Of a DNA stretch of 52,702 nt, positions 43,613 to 52,035 are shown in pieces; position 1 is the first letter of the stretch; each line of letters begins with the position of its first letter. The notes under the pieces were generated by a model, which was given only the letters and a program-made list of their open reading frames with translations, ran no database searches and had not been told where the DNA came from. Where the stretch lies: contig JANNHF010000059.1 of assembly GCA_031404235.1 (NCBI GenBank), positions 1 through 52,702 on the forward strand. The letters run 5' to 3'. The DNA comes from Chloroflexota bacterium (GTDB taxonomy: Bacteria; Chloroflexota; Limnocylindria; P2-11E). The translations under genes and the position numbers were made by a program.

Positions 43613-45571
43613 ATGGACGACCCCCGCCTCGTCGCGCTAGGCCTTGTCCCGCCCCCGCCTGGTGAAGAAAAGGCGCCGGAGGCGGAGGACTCCGCCGCCG
43701 CTCCACCGGCCAGTCAGGACTGGCAGGTGCCGCAGGAGTCGCAGTACATGCCGGCGCCGAACCCGTTTTCGGAAGCGGCCAACACGATCCCCCAATACCC
43801 TGACCCGTTCACGACGCCCCTCCCGCCGCAGACACCCGTCGCCGCGCCGCCGCCGCCGCAGCAGCAGCCAGCGGTGCCCTCGATCTTCAACTCGCCGAAT
43901 TCGCCGTTCGCGTTCGCCCCGCCGGCCGCTACATCCGCGGCGCCGCCGGAAGCTCCGCCATCGGCCCCCGAAATGGGGCCGAGGCCGTTCGAGGCGCCCA
44001 GTCCGTTCACGTCGCCGAGTAGCCCATTCAGCGTCGGTCCCGTGCCGACGTCTTTCACTGCCGCTGCGCCCGTCGCGCCGGCCAAGATCGACAAGAAGGC
44101 GCTGAAGCGCGCCGAAGAAGAAGCGAAGAAGAACGCGGAGCTCGCGGAGGAGAACGCGGTCAGGGCCGCGAAGATCGCCGAAGTGGACGCGAAGAAGAAC
44201 GCGAAGCTCGCCGCCGCGCAAGCAAAGATCGACGAGGTGGACGCGAGGAAGAACGCGAAGCTCGCCGCGGCGCAAGCGAAGATCGACGAGCGCGAAGCGA
44301 AGAAGAACGCGAAGCGCGCGAAGCCCGCAGCGCAAGAGGCGGCCTCGCAAGTCCCGACGGCGTTCGCTGCGCCAACCTACGTCGCGCCGCCGCCAACGCC
44401 CTTCGTGCCACTGGCGCCCTTCACGCCACCCGCCCCGTTCGCTCCGCCGGTCACGGCCGCGCCGTCGGCGCCGGTGAAGCCGCCCGCCTATCTGGAACTC
44501 ATGGCCGCGATCGCGAAACATCCCGCGGTCATCCGGAAGGACGTGCGTGTCGGATTCGTCGGTCGGGCTCGTCTCGAGCTCACGCCGATCGGGATCGCGT
44601 TGGTCGGGCTGCGGAGCGGGACCGCGTACACGTGGTCCGAAGTCAAGGACGTGCAGGCCGGTCGCGGACGCCTGCTGATCAAGACCGAGGCCGACCGCGA
44701 GAGGGTCGTCAAGACGAAGGAAGGCACCGCGACGCAGCCGTACGTCGAGAAGCTGACGCGTGCGATGGTGGTTTCGATCGAAGGCGCGAGCGAGCCGGGT
44801 CTCGCGCCCTACGTCGCGCGCGTGATGGAGGACATGCGTGCCCAAACGTTCAACTACCAGTCGACGTCCTGGCTCGAATACGAGAACGCTCTCGAGCGGG
44901 TGCGCGGCGAGTTCGCGGAGCACGACGACCCGTTCGTCCCTGCGGTCGCAGGCGCGCTGTTCGCGTTCATCTTCCTCGCTGGGTTGTTCATCCTTCCGGA
45001 GATCGTCAACCTCGCGTCGGACATCCGGCCCCCTGCCGGCTCGGGCGCGTTCGTCGTCCAGCCGCGTTACGGCTGGCTGGATCCGCGGAGCTTTGTCATG
45101 GCCGTCGGGCTGTCCGCGCTGCTCACGCGTCTCGTGCTGCGGCTCGGTCTTGGATCGTCGGCCCTCTCTTGGGCGCGCGGCAGCGTACGCGGCTGGCACA
45201 CGACCGGCCCGCTCGTGCTGCGCATTGCGACCCGCGAGCTTGCGCGGCTTCTTCTCAGCACGTCCGTCGCGGCCGCAGCCCTATTCCTCGGCTTCGCCGC
45301 GTTCGCGCCGACGGTGGCGTCGACGCTCGTCATCGATAGCGTCGGGCTCCGCGAGGTCGTTCCCCTGCCGTTCATGGGCATCGAGCGGCAGTGGGCCGGC
45401 GTGACCGACGTGCAAAAGAGCGAAGGTCCTGGGCGCCTCGAGGGCTTCGGCGTGACCGTGTTCTTCAGCGACGGGCGTTGGGTCACGACGATCGATCACG
45501 ATCTCTCCGGCGGGACCGACGGCCAGCTCCTCAAGGCTGCCGACAGCTGGTGGAAGAACGCCACGCGCTAG
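43613..45571 (+). CDS. Hypothetical membrane protein: Pro-rich N-terminus, Lys/Ala coiled-coil repeats, two soluble beta-rich modules flanking a TM bundle
   Basis: ATG 43613 follows an A-rich stretch. The composition is protein-like throughout, with hydrophobic helices at approx 44930-45340. I recognised no family. Confidence 0.7.
   Translation: MDDPRLVALGLVPPPPGEEKAPEAEDSAAAPPASQDWQVPQESQYMPAPNPFSEAANTIPQYPDPFTTPLPPQTPVAAPPPPQQQPAVPSIFNSPNSPFAFAPPAATSAAPPEAPPSAPEMGPRPFEAPSPFTSPSSPFSVGPVPTSFTAAAPVAPAKIDKKALKRAEEEAKKNAELAEENAVRAAKIAEVDAKKNAKLAAAQAKIDEVDARKNAKLAAAQAKIDEREAKKNAKRAKPAAQEAASQVPTAFAAPTYVAPPPTPFVPLAPFTPPAPFAPPVTAAPSAPVKPPAYLELMAAIAKHPAVIRKDVRVGFVGRARLELTPIGIALVGLRSGTAYTWSEVKDVQAGRGRLLIKTEADRERVVKTKEGTATQPYVEKLTRAMVVSIEGASEPGLAPYVARVMEDMRAQTFNYQSTSWLEYENALERVRGEFAEHDDPFVPAVAGALFAFIFLAGLFILPEIVNLASDIRPPAGSGAFVVQPRYGWLDPRSFVMAVGLSALLTRLVLRLGLGSSALSWARGSVRGWHTTGPLVLRIATRELARLLLSTSVAAAALFLGFAAFAPTVASTLVIDSVGLREVVPLPFMGIERQWAGVTDVQKSEGPGRLEGFGVTVFFSDGRWVTTIDHDLSGGTDGQLLKAADSWWKNATR
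44168..44329 (+). repeat. 3 x 54-nt in-frame tandem repeat (AKI[AD]EVDA[KR]KNAKLAAAQ)
   Basis: The units are at 44168-44221, 44222-44275 and 44276-44329. The third unit is more diverged. Confidence 0.85.
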
Positions 45572-45590
45572 TTGGTCCCCGCTGCTTGGC

Positions 45591-46139
45591 ATGTCGCGTA
45601 CGAGCCGGGTAGGGGACCACCATCTCATCAGGACGGCTCGCCTCGACCTCGTCCTCTTCACGCCGGAGAGGCTCGACGCGATTCTCTCTGGCCGCGCCTT
45701 GGCCGTCGATGGTGTCGCGCTGTCGACGGATTGGCTAGGTCGGAACGAGATCTGGCTGCGCCGCCGCCGCGATCAGATCGCGCGTGACCCGGAACAAGCG
45801 CCCTGGATCCTCCGGGCGATGGTCCGCCGCGGCACGCGCGAGTTCGTGGGCAACATCGGCTTTCACGGCAAGCCCGGGAGCAATGCCCTCGGCGCGCTCG
45901 ACGCGGTCGAGCTCGGCTACTCGGTCGAGTCCGAGTTCCGCCGTCAAGGATTCGCCGAGGAGGCGATCCACGGCATGATGGCCTGGGCTCGCGCTCGGTC
46001 GACATCCCGTTTCATCGTGTCGGTCAGCCCCACCAACGCCCCGTCGCTCGCGCTCGCGGCGAAGCTCGGGTTCACGGAGGTCACCCGGGTCGTTGACGAG
46101 GAGGACGGCCCCGAGATCGTCCTCGAACACAGGACGTAG
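45591..46139 (+). CDS. GNAT family N-acetyltransferase (RimJ/RimL-like)
   Basis: The N-terminal LIRTARLDLVLFTPE and the acetyl-CoA-site region FRRQGFAEEAIHGMMAWA are typical of GNAT proteins. Confidence 0.75.
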   Translation: MSRTSRVGDHHLIRTARLDLVLFTPERLDAILSGRALAVDGVALSTDWLGRNEIWLRRRRDQIARDPEQAPWILRAMVRRGTREFVGNIGFHGKPGSNALGALDAVELGYSVESEFRRQGFAEEAIHGMMAWARARSTSRFIVSVSPTNAPSLALAAKLGFTEVTRVVDEEDGPEIVLEHRT

Positions 46140-46143
46140 ACCC

Positions 46144-46368
46144 TCAGCCCGTGCCTTCCACTTGGTCGTCCCTCGGTTCGACCCTGACACTGATCCCTGG
46201 CTGGTCGGCCGCGAGAGGCGGCAAGAGGTGCGACAAGAGCTGCTCTGCGCTGAGCCGGTGGACTCGACCAGTTGGACCGGTCTGCGTCCAGGCGTCGTCC
46301 TCCTTGAGGTAGCTCCACGTCCGGCCGCGCTTGGTCGTGATGCGGATCACGTAGGCGGTGTTCCTCAC
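46144..46368 (-). CDS. Small hypothetical protein immediately downstream of ribBA
   Basis: This 74-aa ORF has a protein-like composition (MRNTAYVIRITTKRGRTWSYLKEDDAWTQTGPTGRV...). It starts 3 nt after the ribBA stop on the same strand. Confidence 0.4.
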   Translation of the reverse strand: MRNTAYVIRITTKRGRTWSYLKEDDAWTQTGPTGRVHRLSAEQLLSHLLPPLAADQPGISVRVEPRDDQVEGTG

Positions 46369-46370
46369 TC

Positions 46371-47669
46371 CTAGCTCGTCCCGTCCGCGACCACGCTCAG
46401 GAGATGGCCCATCTTGTCGCGCTTGGTGTTGAGGTAGGCGCGGTTCGTCGCGTTCGCTTCGATCTCGATCGGGATCCGCTCGACGATCTCGAAGCCGTAC
46501 AACGAGACGCCTGCCTTCTCGGGGTTGTTCGTGAGGATCCGCGCGCGCCGCACGCCGAGGTCCATGAGGATCTGTACGCCGATCCCGTACTCGCGGTGGT
46601 CCGCCTTGAATCCGAGGCGCTCATTCGCCTCAACGGTGTCGAGGCCCTGATCCTGTAGGGCGTAGGCCCGCAGCTTGTTCATGAGGCCGATGCCGCGGCC
46701 CTCCTGCCGGAGATAGAGGAATACGCCACGGCCTTCGTGCGCGATCCGCGCGAGCGCGGTGTCCATCTGCGCGCCGCAGTCGCAGCGCTGCGAGCCGAGG
46801 AGGTCGCCGGTGAGGCACTCGGAGTGCACGCGTACCAGCACCGGCCTGCCGTCCGCGACGTCGCCCATCGTCAGCGCGACGTGCTCCGCTTCGGTGTTGC
46901 CGAACCGCGCCTTATATCCGTGGACCTGGAACTCGCCGTGCTTCGTCGGCAGCTTCGCGGTCGCGATGCGCTCGACCAGCTGCTCGCGCGCCATGCGGTA
47001 CGCGATGAGGTCCTTGACGGTGATCATCTTGAGCGCGTGACGCTTGGCGAAGCGCTTGAGCTCCGGCAGGCGCGACATCGAGCCGTCCGGGTTGGTGATC
47101 TCGCAGATGACGCCGACGGGCTGCAGACCGGCGAGCCGGCAGAGGTCCACCGCGGCCTCGGTCTGGCCCGCGCGCACCAGAACGCCGCCGTCGCGCGCGC
47201 GGAGGGGGAACATGTGGCCGGGCTTCACCAGGTCCTGCGCCCTCGTGTTCGGGTCGGCCAGGACGCGGATCGTGCGCGAGCGGTCCGCCGCGCTGATCCC
47301 GGTCGTGATGCCTTCGCGCGCATCGACCGTCACGCTGAACGCCGTGCCGAGGCGCGCTTCGTTGCGCACCACCATCTGCGGCAGGTCGAGCTGCTCGAGG
47401 CGCTCGGTGGTCATCGGCACGCATATGACGCCGCTCGCGTACTTCCGGATGAACGCGACCATCTCCGGCGTACACGCCTCGGCCGCGAGCGTGAGGTCGC
47501 CCTCGTTCTCGCGGTCCTCGTCGTCGACGACGATGATCATCCGGCCCGCCGCTATCTCGGCGATGGCCAGGTCGACGGTGCTGAAGGGTGGCTGCGGTGA
47601 GACGACCCGCGGATGGCGCGTGATCTTCCTGGAGCGCGTGCCCTTCGTCGTCGCGGAAGCCTTCCTCAC
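46371..47669 (-). CDS. ribBA: Bifunctional 3,4-dihydroxy-2-butanone-4-phosphate synthase / GTP cyclohydrolase II
   Basis: The DHBP synthase part has VVDDEDRENEGDL and GHMFPLRA. The GTP cyclohydrolase II part has VRVHSECLTGDLLGSQRCDCG and EGRGIGL. Confidence 0.95.
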   Translation of the reverse strand: MRKASATTKGTRSRKITRHPRVVSPQPPFSTVDLAIAEIAAGRMIIVVDDEDRENEGDLTLAAEACTPEMVAFIRKYASGVICVPMTTERLEQLDLPQMVVRNEARLGTAFSVTVDAREGITTGISAADRSRTIRVLADPNTRAQDLVKPGHMFPLRARDGGVLVRAGQTEAAVDLCRLAGLQPVGVICEITNPDGSMSRLPELKRFAKRHALKMITVKDLIAYRMAREQLVERIATAKLPTKHGEFQVHGYKARFGNTEAEHVALTMGDVADGRPVLVRVHSECLTGDLLGSQRCDCGAQMDTALARIAHEGRGVFLYLRQEGRGIGLMNKLRAYALQDQGLDTVEANERLGFKADHREYGIGVQILMDLGVRRARILTNNPEKAGVSLYGFEIVERIPIEIEANATNRAYLNTKRDKMGHLLSVVADGTS

Positions 47670-47683
47670 AGGACCAGTTTAGG

Positions 47684-48274
47684 TCACGACCTGCGCAGCA
47701 AACGCTCCACGTACTTCGCCACGATGTCGACCTCGATGTTCACCGGCTCGCCGGCGCGCAGCGCGCCGAGCGTGGTGCGCTCCGCGGTGTGCGGGATGAG
47801 CGCGACCTCGAAGAACGTCTTCCCGAGACCCGCGACGGTCAGGCTCACGCCGTCGATCGTGATGAAGCCCTTCATGACCACGTAGCGCGCCGTCGTCTTC
47901 GGCAGGGCGAAGCGCAGTCGCGCGCCCGCGCCCTCCGCACGCCGCGCGACGAGCCTGGTGGTGCAATCGATGTGACCCTGCACGAGATGACCGCCCAGGG
48001 CAGTCTCGGGTGTCGCCGCGCGTTCGAGGTTCACGCGGCTGCCACGCATGAGACCGCCGAGGGTCGTGCGCGCGATGGTCTCGGCCACGACATCCGACGC
48101 GAAGCCGCGGTCGTCGCGTTCGATGACCGTGAGGCAGGCGCCCGCGACGTTGACGCTGTCATCCACGGAGAGGCGGTCCACGACCCGAGCGCAGGCGACC
48201 TCGAGCCGCAGGCCCGAGGCAGTTGCGCCCATGTGGCGCACGGTGCCTAGCTCCTCGACGATCCCCGTGAACAC
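47684..48274 (-). CDS. ribE: Riboflavin synthase (alpha chain)
   Basis: It has MFTGIVEELGTV, SVNVAGACLTV and the duplicated module ITIDGVSLTV. Confidence 0.95.
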   Translation of the reverse strand: MFTGIVEELGTVRHMGATASGLRLEVACARVVDRLSVDDSVNVAGACLTVIERDDRGFASDVVAETIARTTLGGLMRGSRVNLERAATPETALGGHLVQGHIDCTTRLVARRAEGAGARLRFALPKTTARYVVMKGFITIDGVSLTVAGLGKTFFEVALIPHTAERTTLGALRAGEPVNIEVDIVAKYVERLLRRS

Positions 48275-48275
48275 C

Positions 48276-49340
48276 CTAGAGATCTCCTTCGATCGCCGTG
48301 TCCTCGCCGAAGCGTCGGACCCGCACGTTCTTCAGCTGGGTCGTATCGGTGACGCCCGCGAGCGCCGGCGGTCCCTCGCCGCCGGCGATCGGCGCCGTGA
48401 TGATCATGAGCCGATCCGCCAGCCCCGCGCGCAACAGCGCACCGGCGATGCGCGGTCCGGCTTCGCACAGCACGGTGTTCACGCCGTGCTCGCCGAGCCA
48501 GCGCATTGCCGCCCCGAGGTCGAGGCCGCCGTCGCTGCGTGGCAAGGTCGTGAGCAGCACGCCCGCCTCGCGCAGCTTGTTGGTGCGCCGCGCATCGGCA
48601 TCCCGGGCGACGAACAGCACCGTGTGCTGCGGATCCTTCGCGCGGACCACCTTCGCGGTCGGGGGAGTCCGAGCGTCGGTGTCGACGATGACGCGCAGCG
48701 GGTCGCGGCCGGTCACGTCGCGCACCGTCAGCGCGGGATCGTCCGCGAGGACGGTGCCGATGCCGACGAGGACCGCGTCCGACCGGTCGCGGAGACGATG
48801 CACTTCGCGCAGCGCCCGTTTGCCGACGAGGTAACGCCGGCCGCGGGCCGTCACGCGACCGTCCAGCGTCGTCGCGAGCTTCACCACGACGAACGGGCGC
48901 CCGCGGCGCACGCGGCTCACGAAGCCCTCGTTGAGGCGGAGCGCCTCCGCTTCGAGGATGCCCTGCTCGACGTCGATGCCCGAAGCCCTCAGCTGGCGGA
49001 AGCCCTTGCCATCGGTGCGCGGGTCCACGTCGCGCATCGCCGCGACCACGCGTCGGACGCCCGCGTTCACGATCGCGTCGACGCAGGGCGGCGTGCGCCC
49101 GTGATGCGCGCACGGCTCCAGCGTGGTGTACAGCGTCGCCCCGCGCGCGGCGTCCCCCGCCTTGGCCAGCGCGTTGACCTCCGCGTGAGGCTCGCCGGCC
49201 GCGCGGTGATAGCCCTCACCGACGATCTTGCCGTCGCGCACCACGACCGTCCCCACCATCGGGTTCGGGCTCGTGCGGCCCGCGGCGCGCGCCGCGAGGC
49301 GCAGCGCGCGTCGCATGAACTCCGTGTCCTCGCCGCTCAT
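48276..49340 (-). CDS. ribD: Bifunctional diaminohydroxyphosphoribosylaminopyrimidine deaminase / 5-amino-6-(5-phosphoribosylamino)uracil reductase
   Basis: It has the deaminase motifs HAEVNAL and EPCAHHGRTPPC, followed by a reductase domain. I chose the start at ATG 49340. Confidence 0.95.
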   Translation of the reverse strand: MSGEDTEFMRRALRLAARAAGRTSPNPMVGTVVVRDGKIVGEGYHRAAGEPHAEVNALAKAGDAARGATLYTTLEPCAHHGRTPPCVDAIVNAGVRRVVAAMRDVDPRTDGKGFRQLRASGIDVEQGILEAEALRLNEGFVSRVRRGRPFVVVKLATTLDGRVTARGRRYLVGKRALREVHRLRDRSDAVLVGIGTVLADDPALTVRDVTGRDPLRVIVDTDARTPPTAKVVRAKDPQHTVLFVARDADARRTNKLREAGVLLTTLPRSDGGLDLGAAMRWLGEHGVNTVLCEAGPRIAGALLRAGLADRLMIITAPIAGGEGPPALAGVTDTTQLKNVRVRRFGEDTAIEGDL

Positions 49341-49459
49341 CGGTTGTAGTCTGCGGCCTCGATGACGCTGGGCATGCCGGCACCGACGCATCTCGGCAGA
49401 GAGCTCCGCGACCCATCCCGGCGTCGACCTCGAATAGGTCGAGGGTCTCGCGATAGGGC

Positions 49460-49771
49460 ATGACCGAGGTTGCGGTCGCGTTCCCGAGCGATGAGACGAC
49501 CGCGGAAGTGATCGCCTCGCGGTTGCGGGTGGGCGGGATCGTGGCTCGGGTCGATCGCGGCTTGTTCGGCTCGTCCTGGCAGGTGTCCTCGCGCGGCCAT
49601 GTCACCGTGCTCGTTGACGCACGCGACGTCGCGCAAGCTCACAAGATCCTTGGTACAGAGCCCCGCGAGGAGAGTCCGCCGAGCCGGTTGGCTCGACTCG
49701 CCATCGCCTTCCTGTTCGTCGCACTTGTCTTCGGCGTCGTCGCGATAGCGCTCACTTTCGCCGCAGGCTAG
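49460..49771 (+). CDS. DUF2007-like small protein with C-terminal TM helix
   Basis: The N-terminal beta-alpha-beta-like segment (VAVAFPSDETTAEVIASRLRVGGIVARV ... VLVDARDVAQAHKIL) resembles the putative signal-transducing DUF2007 fold. The C-terminal helix is LAIAFLFVALVFGVVAIALTF. Confidence 0.5.
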   Translation: MTEVAVAFPSDETTAEVIASRLRVGGIVARVDRGLFGSSWQVSSRGHVTVLVDARDVAQAHKILGTEPREESPPSRLARLAIAFLFVALVFGVVAIALTFAAG

Positions 49772-49786
49772 ATCGCGGGGCCCGCT

Positions 49787-49825
49787 CATTGCATAAATAT
49801 GCGGTTGCCCGCATAATATGCGGCG
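49787..49825 (+). promoter_or_regulatory. Tandem ARG boxes (ArgR operator) overlapping a probable -10 element, abutting the argC ATG
   Basis: cattGCATAaATATGCGGttgCCGCATAaTATGCGGcg is an AT-rich island in GC-rich DNA. The second box, CCGCATA-A-TATGCGG, is a perfect palindrome. TAATAT lies at 49814-49819. Confidence 0.6.
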
Positions 49826-50848
49826 ATGCCGGTCAAGGTCGCGATCATCGGTGCGACGGGTTATGCGGGTGGCGAGCTCGCGCGCCTGCTGCTGCGCCAC
49901 CCCGAGGCGCGGCTGATCGCCGCGGTCGCCCGCGGCCGTCAGGGCGAGCCGCTGCGGGACGTGCAGCCGCATCTTCACGCCGCGCCGCTCTCTCTGGTCG
50001 TTGGCGCGGACCCCGGCGACGCCGAGGTCGTGTTCACCGCGCTGCCGGCGGGTGAGGCCGCGAAGCTCGCGCCCGCCTGGCTCGCCGAAGGCCGCTCCGT
50101 CATCGACATCGGCAGCGATTTCCGGCTTCGCGACCCCAAGGCCTACGAGCTCTGGTACGGGTACACGCACCCGTCGCCGGAGCTGCTGAAGGACGCGGTC
50201 TACGGCCTCACCGAGCTGACGCGTGACCGCGTGCGCGGTGCGCGCATCGTCGCTAATCCCGGGTGCTATCCAACGGCGACGCTTCTCGCGCTCGCGCCAG
50301 CGCTGCGCGCGAACCTGATCGAGGACGACGTGATCGTCGACGCGAAGTCGGGCGTTTCCGGTGCCGGACACAACGTCGACGACGCTTACCTGTTCGGCAC
50401 GATCGACGAGAGCGTGCGGCCGTACGGCGTGCCGACGCACCGCCATCAGCCGGAGATCGCGCAGGAGCTTGAGGGCATGTCCGGGCGCGCGCCGCGCCTC
50501 ACGTTCACGCCGCATCTGATCCCCATGACGCGCGGCCTCATCGCCACGTGCTACGCGACGCTTCGCGACGGCGTTGACGCAGCGCGTGTGGCCAACGCGT
50601 ACGCGACGGCGTATGCGGAGGAGCCGTTCGTGCGCGTCACGACGACCTACCCCGCCACGAAGGCGACGCTCGGGAGCAACTGGTGCCTGGTCCACGCGGT
50701 CGTGGATCAGCCGAACCGGCGGCTCGTCGCGTTCGCCGCGATAGATAATCTCGTGAAGGGCGCGGCCGGGTCGGCGATCCAGAATCTCAACGCGATGCGT
50801 GGCTTCCCCGAGACGATGGGTCTAGAGGCGCTGCCGCTGTGGCCGTGA
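49826..50848 (+). CDS. argC: N-acetyl-gamma-glutamyl-phosphate reductase
   Basis: It has VAIIGATGYAGGEL and ANPGCYPT (catalytic Cys), and its length is typical. Confidence 0.95.
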   Translation: MPVKVAIIGATGYAGGELARLLLRHPEARLIAAVARGRQGEPLRDVQPHLHAAPLSLVVGADPGDAEVVFTALPAGEAAKLAPAWLAEGRSVIDIGSDFRLRDPKAYELWYGYTHPSPELLKDAVYGLTELTRDRVRGARIVANPGCYPTATLLALAPALRANLIEDDVIVDAKSGVSGAGHNVDDAYLFGTIDESVRPYGVPTHRHQPEIAQELEGMSGRAPRLTFTPHLIPMTRGLIATCYATLRDGVDAARVANAYATAYAEEPFVRVTTTYPATKATLGSNWCLVHAVVDQPNRRLVAFAAIDNLVKGAAGSAIQNLNAMRGFPETMGLEALPLWP

Positions 50849-52035
50849 CCGAAGGCCGGGGTGTCACGTTCGCGCACGGTTTCCGCGCCGGTGCCGCTAT
50901 GGCCGGCGTGAAGTACGGGCGACCCGAACGGCTGGACGTCGCCCTCATCGTGTCGGAGCGGCCGTGCGCCGCCGCGGCGGTATTCACCACCAATCAGGTC
51001 ATCGCCGCGCCGTGCGTCGTGACGCGCCGGCACGTCGACCGCGGTCCGCTGCGCGCGATCGTCGTGAACTCGGGTAATGCGAACGCGTGCACCGGCGAGC
51101 AGGGGGAGCGCGACGCGATGGCGATGGCCGAAGCTGCGGCGGCCGTCGTGCAGTGCGATCCGTACGAGGTCGCGGTCGCGAGCACCGGCGTCATCGGCTT
51201 CAAGCTGCCGGTCGAGCGGATCGCCGCCGTGCTTCCCGGCATCGCGCTGACCGAGGACGGCTGGGACGACACCTCGCGCGCGATGATGACGACGGACACG
51301 CGGCCCAAGGTCACCGAGCGTGAATTGCATCTCGCGGCCGGCACGGTGCGCATCGGCGGGGTGGCGAAGGGTGCGGGGATGATCCATCCGAACATGGCGA
51401 CGCTCCTCGCCTTCGTCACGACCGACGCCGCAGTCGAGGCGAGTGACCTGCGGCGCATCGTCTCGCACGCCGCGGACACGACGTTCAACGCGATCTCGGT
51501 CGACGGCGACACGAGCACCAACGACACGCTCCTCGTTCTCGCGAACGGCGCGTCCGGAGTCACGCCCAGAGGCGCGGACCTCGCGACGTTCGAGGAGGGC
51601 ATCCACACGGTGTGTGCCGACCTCGCGCGCATGATCGTCGCCGACGGCGAGGGCGCGACCAAGGTGTTCGAGGTCCGCGTTCGCGGAGCGGCGTCCTCAG
51701 CCGACGCGCGGCTCGCGGCGCGGACGATCACCAACTCGAATCTGGTGCGCACCGCGATCCACGGCGGCGATCCCAACTGGGGCCGCGTCCTCGCCGCCGC
51801 CGGTCGGTCGGGCGCGCGCGTCGACGACCGCAAGGCGAGCGTGCGCATCGGCGACCTGTTCGTCTATCGAGACGGCGCCCCGCTGGAGATAGCCGACGCC
51901 GACGTCCGCGCGCTGTTCGCCGCGGATTCGGTCGAGATCGAAGTGACGCTCGGCCTCGGCGATGGTCACGCGGTGGCGTGGGGCTGCGATCTGTCCGCGG
52001 AGTACGTGCGCATCAACGCCGAGTACATGACGTGA
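50839..52035 (+). CDS. argJ: Bifunctional glutamate N-acetyltransferase / amino-acid acetyltransferase
   Basis: It has the autoproteolysis site context PNMATLLAFVTTDA, and also GMIHPNM and SVDGDTSTND. The start is GTG 50839 or GTG 50845, which overlaps the argC stop. Confidence 0.95.
   Translation: MAVTEGRGVTFAHGFRAGAAMAGVKYGRPERLDVALIVSERPCAAAAVFTTNQVIAAPCVVTRRHVDRGPLRAIVVNSGNANACTGEQGERDAMAMAEAAAAVVQCDPYEVAVASTGVIGFKLPVERIAAVLPGIALTEDGWDDTSRAMMTTDTRPKVTERELHLAAGTVRIGGVAKGAGMIHPNMATLLAFVTTDAAVEASDLRRIVSHAADTTFNAISVDGDTSTNDTLLVLANGASGVTPRGADLATFEEGIHTVCADLARMIVADGEGATKVFEVRVRGAASSADARLAARTITNSNLVRTAIHGGDPNWGRVLAAAGRSGARVDDRKASVRIGDLFVYRDGAPLEIADADVRALFAADSVEIEVTLGLGDGHAVAWGCDLSAEYVRINAEYMT

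Noticed and set aside
49341-49459. Expected FMN (RFN) riboswitch upstream of ribD.
   Set aside because: Reading the minus strand, I found none of the conserved FMN-element core segments. The gap to the divergent DUF2007-like gene is only 119 nt, which is shorter than the element. A covariance-model scan is needed to be definitive.
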